DNA of 63,193 nt, filler included, from Craspedostauros australis (Eukaryota), in assembly GCA_030167865.1 (NCBI GenBank). It is 6 parts of 6 records of this genome, joined end to end, with 100 filler letters (N's around TTAATTAATTAA, not from the genome) between each part and the next. Parts side by side here need not be neighbours in the genome. Positions count along the whole stretch, not along the records: positions 28,313 to 56,529 come from JALAGF010001276.1; positions 56,630 to 59,198 come from JALAGF010001286.1; positions 59,299 to 60,364 come from JALAGF010001290.1; positions 60,465 to 61,626 come from JALAGF010001293.1; 2 more parts are not named here. The stretch is one strand, 5' to 3'. Under the pieces are notes generated by a model. That model was not told the DNA's origin. It made no database searches and saw nothing but the letters and a program-made list of their open reading frames with translations. Each line of letters opens with the position of its first letter. The stretch's first letter is position 1. Positions 51,070-61,726 of the stretch are shown here, piece by piece. Position numbers and translations under genes: made by a program.

Positions 51070-54000
51070 TCACGACATGTCCGTCAGCACGGACATGTCG
51101 TCATCGTCTCGGGTTTCATTTTCTTCTTCACTGCCCCTGTTGTTATCATTCTTGTTGCTGGTCCATGGCGAACCGTGCGAGCTTGCCTTAGATACGATGC
51201 TTGTAATGGTTGCGAACTTCTTGGTGACGGGAGTGTACGCCGAGGCCAGCTCACTGCTGATGGCGGACCCATGGTGGCCCTGCAGCTGATTGCCCACCAT
51301 GACTGCCTGCTCTTGGACAGCGACGGCGCGATTCTGTCTGGAATTTCGCACGCGCTCTTCGTCGATGAAGCTGCCGCGAGTTTCACGCAGATTCTTGCAT
51401 TTGGCAGCCGCACCCCAAGCCTCGTAGAATTCCATCGCCTGTGTGAAGTAGTGGCGCGCACGATCTTCGTTGTACTCTTTCTTGCGTGTGGATCTCAGCA
51501 GGTGCTCGCCCGCCAGTTCGCATGCGATGCCCGCTTCATGAAGGTGCCTCGTCGCTCTGGCTCTATCGATGGCCAGCTCGTGGTAGGCGGCAGTAAGTGC
51601 GCCCTTGGCCTTCGTGGCATTGATCAGCTTCATCTCTGCGCGAAGGAGCAGGTATCGGTGAAGTGCGTTGTCGCCCTTGGTCTTCCACACGCTCTTCAGC
51701 AGGCGCTTCTGCGTTCGCAGGATGTTGAAGTACTTGCGTTGCTTCGTCTGCCTGTATCGGTTAGCGGCCATCAGACCGCCGAACAGAGCAATGGAGGTCA
51801 CGAAGACGTAGGCGATATCGTGAGAGCCATTTGTCTCCAGCATATGGAACAGGATCTCTGCGTTCTCGTACTTCCCAAAGAAGACCGCTGCGACCATGCG
51901 ATGCCAATACACCGCGCTTCGGTAATGCGGATCTTCATCTTTGTGCTTCTTGATGTCCATCATGAAGTCCCAGTCGATCTTGAGGACACCTGACATGTAT
52001 TTGGCCGCGTTGGCCTGCTCCGCCATCAACTTGGCGTGCGCATCTACCTTGTACAGCTTTAGCTGGTCCAGAAGCGCATCGGCATCTGACATCAAGCTGC
52101 TCAACGGACACCCTTCGACGTACCCGTGCTGCAGGGCATTGTTCCAGCAGAGCAGCCCGAGTTCAAAGTCACCGAAGGACATCGCCGAAGCGTGGCCTCG
52201 CTGGAATTCGTGGATCACATCTGCGGTCGGCTTGCAGAATGAGTTGATGTACATGGCGCCAGCGACGCATGCCCAGCCTTCGGCGTTCTTTGCCACCTGC
52301 AACTTGGTCATGATATCTCCAGCGAGCGCGACGTAGCGTTTCGCGTTCTGGAAGTCACCCAAGCCTAAATGAATCATGGCAAAGGCAACGAGTCCCATCG
52401 CTGATTCTCCACAGATGCCGTCTCGGTGGGTGATGTGCACCATGCGCACTGTTGCCAACATCCATCCCAGTGCGTCCTGGCATAGGAAGCCGCGGACCAT
52501 GATCTGCCGTAGGAAGTTCATCGTCTCCAGTGTTTGCGGATTCGCGGTGACGCGGTTTCGACGGAAGTACTGCTCGTTCGTTGTCCGCTTGAAGTATGCT
52601 CTTGCGGAGAAGAGCTGCGATACGACGTGGTATAGGTAGCCGCGCTTGGGATACTCTCCACATAGCAGGGCCCCTTCTTGGCTCAGCTTCATGCTCTCCA
52701 CAGACTTGCCTTCCTTGCCCAGCGCATCTGCCATGGTGGAAAATGTTGGGAGCTTCTCTTGGACGGTCTTGGCATTGTTCAGCGCCTCATGGCCCAGCGC
52801 GTAGCCAAGCTCGAAGCGGCTCAGCGAAAGCTCAACGTCGCATCGTGCACGCACTAGCCGCAGCGTCAGGTCGTAGTGCTCATGCCAGGGATTGCCCCGA
52901 ACCTTGCCCAGCGAAGCGTGTGCCAGCTTCAGATACTTGGCAGCGGGAGCCAGTGCGGCCATTCGCAAGGCGTGCTCTCCCACCAGCAGATTCCGTCGCG
53001 CCGACAGCAGATGGTCTTTGCTGGGGACGCAGTTCAGGTGCTCCACTGCGACAAAGAGCAGACCGCCACTGCTCCCATCATCCACCGCGATAGATGCAAC
53101 AGCATCACGATCGCTTGGGATGATCTTGTCTTCCTGCGTTGCTCCGTCATGCAATGGCTTGGTGCAGAAGTTCCACAGACACTGGCCGATGCACAGCCGG
53201 AGCTTGGCGCGAGTCTCTCCAATTGGCACGAGGTCGTGCGCCGCTTGCTGGATGCGATCATGCGCGAATTGGTAGCTTGTGCCGCCGATGGAGTTCGTCA
53301 GCAAACCTTCGAGAACGGCCTGTTCCAACCATTCCGCAAGCGGCTTGGAGCTGTCAGAGTTGTTGTTGCTGTTGTGCGGGGATGTGGAAAGGAGGTTGCG
53401 GGTGGATTGGTTCGACTCGTCGAGGAAGATGGTCTCGTCGAATCCGCCATGCTGCTGTTTATGATCCCACACGGCCTGCAGGAGGTCCAGCTTGAATGAT
53501 GAGCGGATGTACGATGCGAACACCAACGCCTTTTGCAGTGGAAGCGGGAGGGTTCGCAGCTGCGACGAGATGAGCTGCACGATGCTCTTCGATTCGGTGC
53601 CTGCACTACGAGTCGTACTACACTTTCGGTCCGAGCCGTTCTGGCTACCCAAGAGATCTTCGGAGGAATTGATTTGCCATTTGTGCATGCTCCGATCGTA
53701 CACGATGGTTCTTTTCCGTTCCATGCTCTGGAGCAGTTGGATGGTAAAGAAGATGTTTCCTTTGGTCTGCCTATGAAGGAGGTTGGCGACCTCATCCACA
53801 GCATCGTCATTCTGCTGCAGTATCTCGGACACCCATTGGCGCAGTTGCTGCGATGTGAAGTTGTTGAGGTGGATGTCCGTGTGCGATGCGGATGTGCGTG
53901 AGGTCGATGACTGATCCGAGCCGTTCAAGCGCTGCATGTCTGCAAGCAGCACCATGAACGGTAGCTCGTGATGCAATTCGAGGACTTCTCCGGCGAGATG

Positions 54001-55383
54001 AGGATTCATTTCTTGACGGACCGTACCGATCCACAGGAAGTGCGATTGATGCACGGCGGTCAGCATAAGGTCCATGCACTCTTGGGATGCCCATTGCAGA
54101 TCATCCAGGACCAAGATCACTGGGCATTTTGCAGATGAGATGATCGTGAGGAACTGGGTGAATGTGTACTGGAAGCGATTCCATGACATGTCAGTTGTGG
54201 ACACTTGTGCCGATTGGGACTGTGCGGGTGCAGCAGTGCGTCGTTCGCTTGGAGTAGTTGCCAGGCCTCTGCCAGGCGCATCTTCGTTGAAGAGGATGGA
54301 AAGCGACGGCACGAAGGCCAGGAGGAGATTCTTTTGCTGCGACGTGAGGAAACTTGATTTGATTCTGGATCGCACATGGTGCAGCTCTGCGGAAGCTACC
54401 GTGTTCGTGTCCTTCTTTGCCTGTTTGGCCGCGTCTGCTGCAGATTCGGCGATGTTGCCGGTAGAATCGGTGTGCTGGTCGTTGCTCCTCGAACGGTCTT
54501 TCTCGATGGTACCGCCGCTCTTGTTGTCATGGTGGGTCGAATTGGGCAGGGCTGAAGCAAGGGACATCTCGAGCTCTTTGCACCAATTCGACAGAGCCTG
54601 GGTGATGGCAGAGAACGGGTCGCTCTGCTGATGCTCCTCGAATTTGCCCTTGAGGACATGGATGTTGCGTGGTCTGTTGTTGCACTTTGTGCTTTGCAAC
54701 TTTTGGCGCAGCTGATCGCAGAAGACGTCCACGAGCTGCGATTTGCCAGTGCCGCTTGTCCCCCACACGAATGCGGCAGGAATGAATGGTTGTTCCTCTG
54801 CATCGGTTGCATTTGATGATGTTGCTTCTGTTTCTGTTGCTGGTGCGGACGGTTGCTTCGAGTCCGCGCTGGGAACTGACGCCCTTGTCTTCCTCGTTGT
54901 CTTTGGTCCTTTGCTGCGTTGCATCATTCGATCGAATGTACGCTGCAGGATTCGTGTCTCCTCATCTCGACCAAAGAAGTTACAGCCGGTACCGTCGAAC
55001 AGTGTCTTCGGTGCTGCTGCTTCCGCTGCCACTTCTGCTTCTGCTTCTGCTTCTGCTTCATGGTGCTGGTTGCGTTCGTCGCTGCCACCGTCAAAATCAC
55101 AATTGGAGGTCAGCAGCGCATCGTCCTGCATCGACACCGATCGCGCGGTGGATTGTGGAGATGACCATTCTTGATGGCCTTCCACGGCAACGGAAGCAGA
55201 AGCGGAGGAAGTGGCGGATGTGAACGATGTTGCGGAAACACGGGAAGCTTTGGATGCCACCGACTTGCCGGATGCCACGGACATGGACGCAGATGGAGCA
55301 TCGTGGCGGTGGGCATGTTGGCGGAGCTTGCTGCCATCGTTGCGGAGGGATGGCGCTCTCAATGGGATGATTATTTCGGACAT
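51070..55383 (-). CDS. STAND/AAA_16 ATPase with C-terminal TPR-like helical region, paralogue B (1,437 aa)
   Basis: FFGRDEE, Walker A GTSGTGKS, Walker B ILVLDDLQW, GNIFF, YQFAHDRIQQAAH, ACELAGEH...YEAWGAAAK. Intronless. Confidence 0.9.
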   Translation of the reverse strand: MSEIIIPLRAPSLRNDGSKLRQHAHRHDAPSASMSVASGKSVASKASRVSATSFTSATSSASASVAVEGHQEWSSPQSTARSVSMQDDALLTSNCDFDGGSDERNQHHEAEAEAEAEVAAEAAAPKTLFDGTGCNFFGRDEETRILQRTFDRMMQRSKGPKTTRKTRASVPSADSKQPSAPATETEATSSNATDAEEQPFIPAAFVWGTSGTGKSQLVDVFCDQLRQKLQSTKCNNRPRNIHVLKGKFEEHQQSDPFSAITQALSNWCKELEMSLASALPNSTHHDNKSGGTIEKDRSRSNDQHTDSTGNIAESAADAAKQAKKDTNTVASAELHHVRSRIKSSFLTSQQKNLLLAFVPSLSILFNEDAPGRGLATTPSERRTAAPAQSQSAQVSTTDMSWNRFQYTFTQFLTIISSAKCPVILVLDDLQWASQECMDLMLTAVHQSHFLWIGTVRQEMNPHLAGEVLELHHELPFMVLLADMQRLNGSDQSSTSRTSASHTDIHLNNFTSQQLRQWVSEILQQNDDAVDEVANLLHRQTKGNIFFTIQLLQSMERKRTIVYDRSMHKWQINSSEDLLGSQNGSDRKCSTTRSAGTESKSIVQLISSQLRTLPLPLQKALVFASYIRSSFKLDLLQAVWDHKQQHGGFDETIFLDESNQSTRNLLSTSPHNSNNNSDSSKPLAEWLEQAVLEGLLTNSIGGTSYQFAHDRIQQAAHDLVPIGETRAKLRLCIGQCLWNFCTKPLHDGATQEDKIIPSDRDAVASIAVDDGSSGGLLFVAVEHLNCVPSKDHLLSARRNLLVGEHALRMAALAPAAKYLKLAHASLGKVRGNPWHEHYDLTLRLVRARCDVELSLSRFELGYALGHEALNNAKTVQEKLPTFSTMADALGKEGKSVESMKLSQEGALLCGEYPKRGYLYHVVSQLFSARAYFKRTTNEQYFRRNRVTANPQTLETMNFLRQIMVRGFLCQDALGWMLATVRMVHITHRDGICGESAMGLVAFAMIHLGLGDFQNAKRYVALAGDIMTKLQVAKNAEGWACVAGAMYINSFCKPTADVIHEFQRGHASAMSFGDFELGLLCWNNALQHGYVEGCPLSSLMSDADALLDQLKLYKVDAHAKLMAEQANAAKYMSGVLKIDWDFMMDIKKHKDEDPHYRSAVYWHRMVAAVFFGKYENAEILFHMLETNGSHDIAYVFVTSIALFGGLMAANRYRQTKQRKYFNILRTQKRLLKSVWKTKGDNALHRYLLLRAEMKLINATKAKGALTAAYHELAIDRARATRHLHEAGIACELAGEHLLRSTRKKEYNEDRARHYFTQAMEFYEAWGAAAKCKNLRETRGSFIDEERVRNSRQNRAVAVQEQAVMVGNQLQGHHGSAISSELASAYTPVTKKFATITSIVSKASSHGSPWTSNKNDNNRGSEEENETRDDDDMSVLTDMS

Positions 55384-56630
55384 GGTTGGAGATTTTGGTG
55401 GAGAGTACTCGCAGAGTTATCGTGATGTATGTATTTATGAGGTAAGGACTTTATTTGTGAGGTTTCTTCGGTGTCCTCGATCCCTTGTGCCCATGGATCC
55501 TTCCTGTCTGGCTCTGTGGTAAAATGGCGCGAGCGTTCGTGTGTACCATTGCAGGATGGCCGCAGAGACGGTAACGCCTTTGGATGCCATTTTGTGGCGC
55601 TCAGGCACTTCTCATCACCACAAACATGTTGGGTGGATGTGTTAGCGTTCAGTTCGTGACCGAACTCGTTCTCTGCGAAGTATCGATGACTGCGACATGG
55701 TGTCACCACTCTTGGTTGCCGACGATTTAGCTCCTTCGGGGGTTCTATTTCGCTAAATACGAAGCAGGCGGAAGACGGAATGAACTCCGCAAAAACAGAA
55801 ATCACGGAGATACGACCTAACTCATCAACTTTGGTGGCGGCAGCCAATCACTCCGCGCTGCAACTCGTTCGGTTCGAGACGGTTGGGGGAGAGAAAAGAG
55901 AAAGCGAGCAAACAAGCAAGCAAGCCGACAAACGAGCAAGAAGAGACCATCCTCCTCGCCGTGAATCTGCGCTCGTGACGATGACGCTATCCATACTCGT
56001 AGTGCATGCCCTTGTGGAGGCGTTCTGGTGATAGGCATGATCACTCATTGGTTGAGACCTCATCTAGGTATCCTGTTTGGATCACAAAGAGAGCAATGCG
56101 CCTCTCCACCAAACCGAAGTGCCACGACCAGGTGTTCGCTTGTGCGTTGGTTCGCGCCAGTTTCGGATTTCGCAAGCGCAAACACTTCCTTCCTCCATTC
56201 CCCCTTGGCGAAGGCGAAGCGCAGAATCGCATCGGCCATAAAGCCCCTCTGCGCGCGAGGCCATCGTGACATGTGATGGTACCTAGTCCACGTAACGTAC
56301 GATTACCAGTAAGTATGTTGTGGACGAGAAGTGTTGTCGTTGCCACCGCAGGCAAAGGATTTACTCGTCGGTTTGGTACAGTCCTTTCACTCTGATGGTA
56401 GCACGCGATCTGAATTGGACCTAATCAACACAAAGAGCACCACATCCATCCGTGGCGACTGTCTCGGAAACATTGTCCATCCTCCGGTTTACCCGAGTAT
56501 ACTATTCGGTTGTGGGCACCATGCGAAAGNNNNNNNNNNNNNNNNNNNNNNNNNNNNNNNNNNNNNNNNNNNNTTAATTAATTAANNNNNNNNNNNNNNN
56601 NNNNNNNNNNNNNNNNNNNNNNNNNNNNNT

Positions 56631-58406
56631 GGATGCAGCAGTGTCAAAGGCTGCAGGGGATGCATGACGAAGACAGAGTGCGGCTCCGACGAAGTCTACA
56701 TCATCAGCGATGTTGATGGGGCCTGCCCAAAGGGAGGCAATGACAGCAACATGAATCCCACTGGTGACAAGATGGACGAGTATTGCATTGGCAAGGACAC
56801 CTTGCCCACAGACTGTCCGACCTTTTCTCCCACCCCTTTCCCAACACCTGTCACGTCACCTCCCACATCAGCACCCACAGCTCCAACTGCTTCACCGACT
56901 TCGGCACCGACCAGTGCCCCGACAAGCGCCCCAACTTCAGCACCGACCAGTGCCCCAACTTCAGCACCAACAAGCGCTCCGACGTCAGCACCGACCAGTG
57001 CCCCGACAAGCGCCCCAACTTCAGCACCAACAAGCGCTCCGACGCCAGCACCGACGTCAGCACCGACGTCAGCACCGACCAGTGCCCCGACCAGTGCCCC
57101 GACAAGCGCCCCAACTTCAGCACCAACAAGCGCTCCGACGTCAGCACCGACCTCAGCACCGACCGGTGCCCCGACCAGCGCCCCAACTTCAGCACCAACA
57201 AGCGCTCCGACGTCAGCACCGACCTCGGCACCGACCAGTGCCCCGACAAGCGCCCCAACTTCAGCACCGACGAGCACTCCGACTTCGGCGCCAACGAGCT
57301 CTCCAACAAGCGCCCCGACTTCGGCTCCAACTTCAGCTCCAACATCGGCTCCTACCTCGGCACCGACGAGCGCACCAAGCGCGCCAACATCCGCGCCAAC
57401 CAGCGCCCCAACTGCCCTGGCATTTCTGGATGCCCTCGGAACACCAGACACACTCCCGGGATTAATCCTTTTCTCCATTATCCAAAACGAAGCTGATCTC
57501 CTCGGGATCTTCGAAAACCAGGCAAGCATTGCTGACGGCGTCGCTCTCTTCAATACCATCAGCGGAAGGACCGGTGTCTTCTATATCTTCAGCGCGGCCA
57601 CCACCGCCACCGGTGAGATGTTCACGGGGACCGATGCTGAGGCTATGGCTTGGTGTGGTATGGCAGGACGCACATGCTGCGATGGAACCGAGGCCTGCTC
57701 CTGGACCGGCATCGCGTCTATCGCATCCAACAGTTGCATTGGGGACAAGGCCTGCAAAAGCATCGAGACTCAGTCCATGATCTTCGAGGGATCCTGCCTC
57801 TCTGGCTCTTTTCCCAGTTCTAACGCATGCTCCTTCTTCAACTTCAACTCTGGAAGTGATAAGGCCTCCATCATTGGACAAGAATCGTGCACTGGAAACC
57901 AGGCATGCCACTCCTTTGCGCAGCAGTCAGATGGCGACGCCATTATTGGCGCAGGATCATGCGCTGCATCACATGCCTGCGTTGCCATGGGTGCTGGACC
58001 AGAAGACTACAAGACCATAACACCCACTCAGGGCAACGGCACCACCGACAACAAGCGCGTGTCTACCACTGATGTGGGAGCCGGGTCCTGTGTCAACGAC
58101 AGCTCGTGCGAGTACATGAACTCTTTCTCCTACGGCTGCGGCAAAAACTTCAATCAGTTCGAGGGAGACACACTTATCGGTGATGGTACTTGCGTGCCGG
58201 CGGAATCCTGCAAATACTTGGGCTACGACTACGACTTTAACGCGGACATCACCCTCTTCAGCGGCGTGTGCAACGATACCCCCATCGCGGATGACATGAA
58301 ATGCAACCGATGCCAATCCGGCATATTGTCGACATCCACCTGTGCGCCTGTAACTGCCGTCTTGACCATTGCCTCCGGCAGCTCTTGCCCAGCCACCTGC
58401 ACCTAA
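56631..58406 (+). CDS. Mucin-like PTSA-repeat protein with Cys-rich repeat domain (extracellular candidate), 5'-truncated by gap
   Basis: Frame is open from the gap edge (GCSSVKGCRGCMTK...). About 45 PTSA units, then repeated GxxSCxxxxAC modules. Confidence 0.8.
   Translation, partial: GCSSVKGCRGCMTKTECGSDEVYIISDVDGACPKGGNDSNMNPTGDKMDEYCIGKDTLPTDCPTFSPTPFPTPVTSPPTSAPTAPTASPTSAPTSAPTSAPTSAPTSAPTSAPTSAPTSAPTSAPTSAPTSAPTSAPTPAPTSAPTSAPTSAPTSAPTSAPTSAPTSAPTSAPTSAPTGAPTSAPTSAPTSAPTSAPTSAPTSAPTSAPTSAPTSTPTSAPTSSPTSAPTSAPTSAPTSAPTSAPTSAPSAPTSAPTSAPTALAFLDALGTPDTLPGLILFSIIQNEADLLGIFENQASIADGVALFNTISGRTGVFYIFSAATTATGEMFTGTDAEAMAWCGMAGRTCCDGTEACSWTGIASIASNSCIGDKACKSIETQSMIFEGSCLSGSFPSSNACSFFNFNSGSDKASIIGQESCTGNQACHSFAQQSDGDAIIGAGSCAASHACVAMGAGPEDYKTITPTQGNGTTDNKRVSTTDVGAGSCVNDSSCEYMNSFSYGCGKNFNQFEGDTLIGDGTCVPAESCKYLGYDYDFNADITLFSGVCNDTPIADDMKCNRCQSGILSTSTCAPVTAVLTIASGSSCPATCT
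56862..57417 (+). repeat. 12-bp coding tandem repeat (PTSA) with higher-order blocks
   Basis: Synonymous variants ccgaccagtgcc/ccgacaagcgcc/ccaacttcagca/ccaacaagcgct/ccgacgtcagca recur in a similar order. Confidence 0.95.
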
Positions 58407-59323
58407 ATGGCCTGTGGGAGCAGGAGCACGAACACATCCCTCCTCCGGTTCCACACCAAATCCAGGTCTTGAAGGGTGTGGGCCAGCTGCCTTATGGATA
58501 ACAACAAAATCACCCTCTTCATTGGGTCTCCAACGCACCGGAAGTGTCCAATGGATCTTGCCGTCCACCCGCATACAGTATCCGCGGGCTTGGGCGAGAG
58601 CGTTGTTGGGACAAGAAAGCAATATGGCGCTCAATTTGACCAATGCCTGACAGCCCCAACACGCGGCGCACCGGAAAACAGTTCATGTCACGCATCCTCG
58701 TATACTCGTAAAACTAACATACGGACATATAATACTTGTCAAAGTGCAGCATGAGCCGAACACCATAAGACTAGATTCTTGCTCCGTTCAAATACGACCT
58801 GCAGAGAATGTAAAATAGGTCGCGATAACACTAGTTGTGGAGATTTGTTCGTGATGAGTCATGATAAAGTAGACTAAAATAGAGCACACAGTTGGGATTC
58901 AATAAGGGACATGATAGAACAGAATATAATCATAGGGTACTTACTCCAAATAAAGACTGATCAGATCCGACAATGAAGTATGTAGATTGTTTTGTATTTT
59001 GTTGTGCTCAAGTAATTTGATTGCAATGTTATCGAAGAAAGCTGGCCCAATTCTGAATCTGATGAAGTCAGAATTGTGAGCATGAAGAGTGCAATGCAAG
59101 ATGATGATGATGACGAAATGAGATTGCACAAGTTGCACACAGCAATACTGCTGTAAAATGATGCCTTGCACTGTTGTATTCACATGTGGGAGGAAATGNN
59201 NNNNNNNNNNNNNNNNNNNNNNNNNNNNNNNNNNNNNNNNNNTTAATTAATTAANNNNNNNNNNNNNNNNNNNNNNNNNNNNNNNNNNNNNNNNNNNNTA
59301 TACTAGTTCAAAACAAACCAACC

Positions 59324-60340
59324 ATGGAGGACTCTCAGGAGAAACAAGCGCGCAAGCGAAAAGGTACGAAGGCCCCAACCAGTGCCACCGACACGCAAAT
59401 TCTGAGCTTCATTCAAAACCCATCCAAGCACGGCAAATTCAGTAAATTTTGTGATCAGAATGTCTTCCTCTTTGGCCTGGCGCGGTCACCTGAGCGGAAG
59501 AGAGCGTACAATAGAAAGAACTACTTGGAGAAAACCGTGAGTGCATCACAAGGCAATGACATGGATGAGTTGTGCTCCATGTTCCAGAATCACGCCATCG
59601 AATCACCACACAAAAAGCGAAAGCATCACAACCAACAATCCAACACCCACCCACGAGCCAGTGACTGCCTCATCACCTCAGCACCAGCACCAGCACCAGC
59701 AACCATGTCCAAGAACATCGTCTTCCGCACCAGCTTCACCCTCAATGGAGATGGCGCAATGATGATCCCTGGCGGAATCGCCATCTACGTCGCATCTGCC
59801 AAGGCTGACGGTAATCTCGTCGTCGACAAGGTGGTCATCTCGAAGCTTGTCACCGACTCTCGCGACATCAGCCATTACTCCGCCATCCTGGGCGATGATA
59901 ACAGGTCTATCATCATCACTGAGCCAGTGTTTCCGCTCGTTGACGTTCGGGACAAGACGGCCATTGCAACCACAAGAACCCAGGCCATCTTCTGCGCCAA
60001 GGCCAAGGAGGAGTACTTCAAACTCTCCAATCGGTTGGACAAGACTGAAGGATCCCGTCCGCTCATGGAGACCACTCTTGTGCCCCCAGATGGGATGGAG
60101 TTCTGCAAGGAGTTCTACAATGTGCGGAAGGATCCCACCAACCACTCCCTGAAGCGCTGCAGCCGACGTATTGAGCTGTCAAGCAAGGACGCCAATCCAG
60201 GGGCAGCCACAGACTCCTTCATCAAGGTCTTCTGGCATGTGGCTGTGGCCAATACAACTGCAGACACCAGTGCTGTGCGAACCGCTGAGGATGACGACGA
60301 TGATGACGATCTTGGCGCAGGCAACGTGAAACGTGAGTGA
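59324..60340 (+). CDS. Hypothetical 338-aa protein on a gap-bounded contig, possibly transposon-associated
   Basis: Complete ORF with accATG context; basic N-terminal helical motif FCDQNVFLFGLARSPERKRAYNRKNYL; acidic tail. Confidence 0.5.
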   Translation: MEDSQEKQARKRKGTKAPTSATDTQILSFIQNPSKHGKFSKFCDQNVFLFGLARSPERKRAYNRKNYLEKTVSASQGNDMDELCSMFQNHAIESPHKKRKHHNQQSNTHPRASDCLITSAPAPAPATMSKNIVFRTSFTLNGDGAMMIPGGIAIYVASAKADGNLVVDKVVISKLVTDSRDISHYSAILGDDNRSIIITEPVFPLVDVRDKTAIATTRTQAIFCAKAKEEYFKLSNRLDKTEGSRPLMETTLVPPDGMEFCKEFYNVRKDPTNHSLKRCSRRIELSSKDANPGAATDSFIKVFWHVAVANTTADTSAVRTAEDDDDDDDLGAGNVKRE

Positions 60341-60477
60341 ATACAAGTGAAGCAATGGTGTGTGNNNNNNNNNNNNNNNNNNNNNNNNNNNNNNNNNNNN
60401 NNNNNNNNTTAATTAATTAANNNNNNNNNNNNNNNNNNNNNNNNNNNNNNNNNNNNNNNNNNNNGCTTGCAACTGTG

Positions 60478-61620
60478 CTATTGAGCAAAGTGCTTCTTGT
60501 CCCTGACAAAGGCCAACGGAAATTGAGGACAATCCGTGAATGGCCCATAAATGCTGCTTGCAGAGCAATAAATCACTGGCAGCTTGTATGCCAGTTTAAT
60601 GCTCCACCTGTCATCCTTGCTGGAGGAGCAAATAGATTCTGGGTTGACAGGAGGCTCGAGCACAAAGAAGATGTGGACTCCATGATGGTTGCAGATCAGA
60701 ATGCCTCCCAACACTGGATCCAGCGCATTCTCTTGAAACGATCCTTGCTTGACCATGTTGGCACTCGAAGGTGTCACGATTTCCTCGTTTCCTTTCACAT
60801 GGTTGATGTTGAGGCTGCGCATTGCTTCTTGAATGTTGTTGTTGTTGCGGATAGGNGTTGTGCTCTTTGGTGTGGTGTTTGGTGTGAACTTCGTGGTTTT
60901 GGGCACTGTGGTACAATGAGGCATGATGAATGGTGAAGTGGCAAGGCTGAGATTGTCGTCAATGAAGTTGGGTGACAGTTGATCCATGGAAGCTCCGTCC
61001 GATTTGGAGCCAGCAAATGAGAAGCTCTTGTCAGTGCTGTTGCTGATGTCGTTGGTACCGCTGGCTCTGTTGGAGTGTGGTGTGCTTACAACTGTTGGTG
61101 AATTAGAAAGCTTCTCCTCATCATCACAGCTGGCATTGTCCTCATCTTTGTTGTTGGGTTCAAAATCCTCGTCATTCGTGTCATCGCTGTTGTTGTGGCC
61201 TGATGGGTGGTACCAGAGAGTGTCTTGACGTTCTTTCGTCAAATCGCTGTAATTTTCAGGCATGCTCAGCCACACTTGGCATGAAACTTGAGTCCAAACC
61301 CTGAAAGCACAAAGAGGATATGAGTGGTTGTGGTGAGCAACACAAAGCCAACATCAAACCACCATCAGATGCTCTCAGTCAATGCATACCTTTGCCAGTT
61401 TGCAGGAACTTCTGCAAGGCTTGTGACAGCTTCTGGAGTTGCGTTGGAGGTTCTGCTTCATGTACTTAGCTTGCCAATCGGTGTGCATTTCCCAGAAATG
61501 GTTGAGTCCTTCGATGGAGGGATGGAAGTGTGGAGGTGTTTTGCTGAAGCCTTTGATTGTGTACGTTGCGTGGTTGCCTGTTGCTGACCAGCAGCCATCG
61601 TCATTTCGATTTTGTGGCAT
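60478..61620 (-). pseudogene. Decayed, apparently spliced ORF in a repeat-like region
   Basis: ORF pieces 61620-61375 and 61275-60478 with an acceptor-like TCCTCTTTGTGCTTTCAG near 61301; strong CpG depletion. Confidence 0.4.
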
Positions 61621-61726
61621 CGTGCANNNNNNNNNNNNNNNNNNNNNNNNNNNNNNNNNNNNNNNNNNNNTTAATTAATTAANNNNNNNNNNNNNNNNNN
61701 NNNNNNNNNNNNNNNNNNNNNNNNNN

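Noticed and set aside
56696..57559. VGAL/VGAE repeat ORF and other alternative-frame repeat ORFs
   Set aside because: Stop-free shadows of the PTSA repeat.
28257..61682. Recurrent palindromic TTAATTAATTAA flanked by N runs (28257, 56574, 59243, 60409, 61671)
   Set aside because: Each copy is centred in a 100-bp N gap. It is a synthetic all-frame-stop scaffolding linker, not a biological repeat or CRISPR array.
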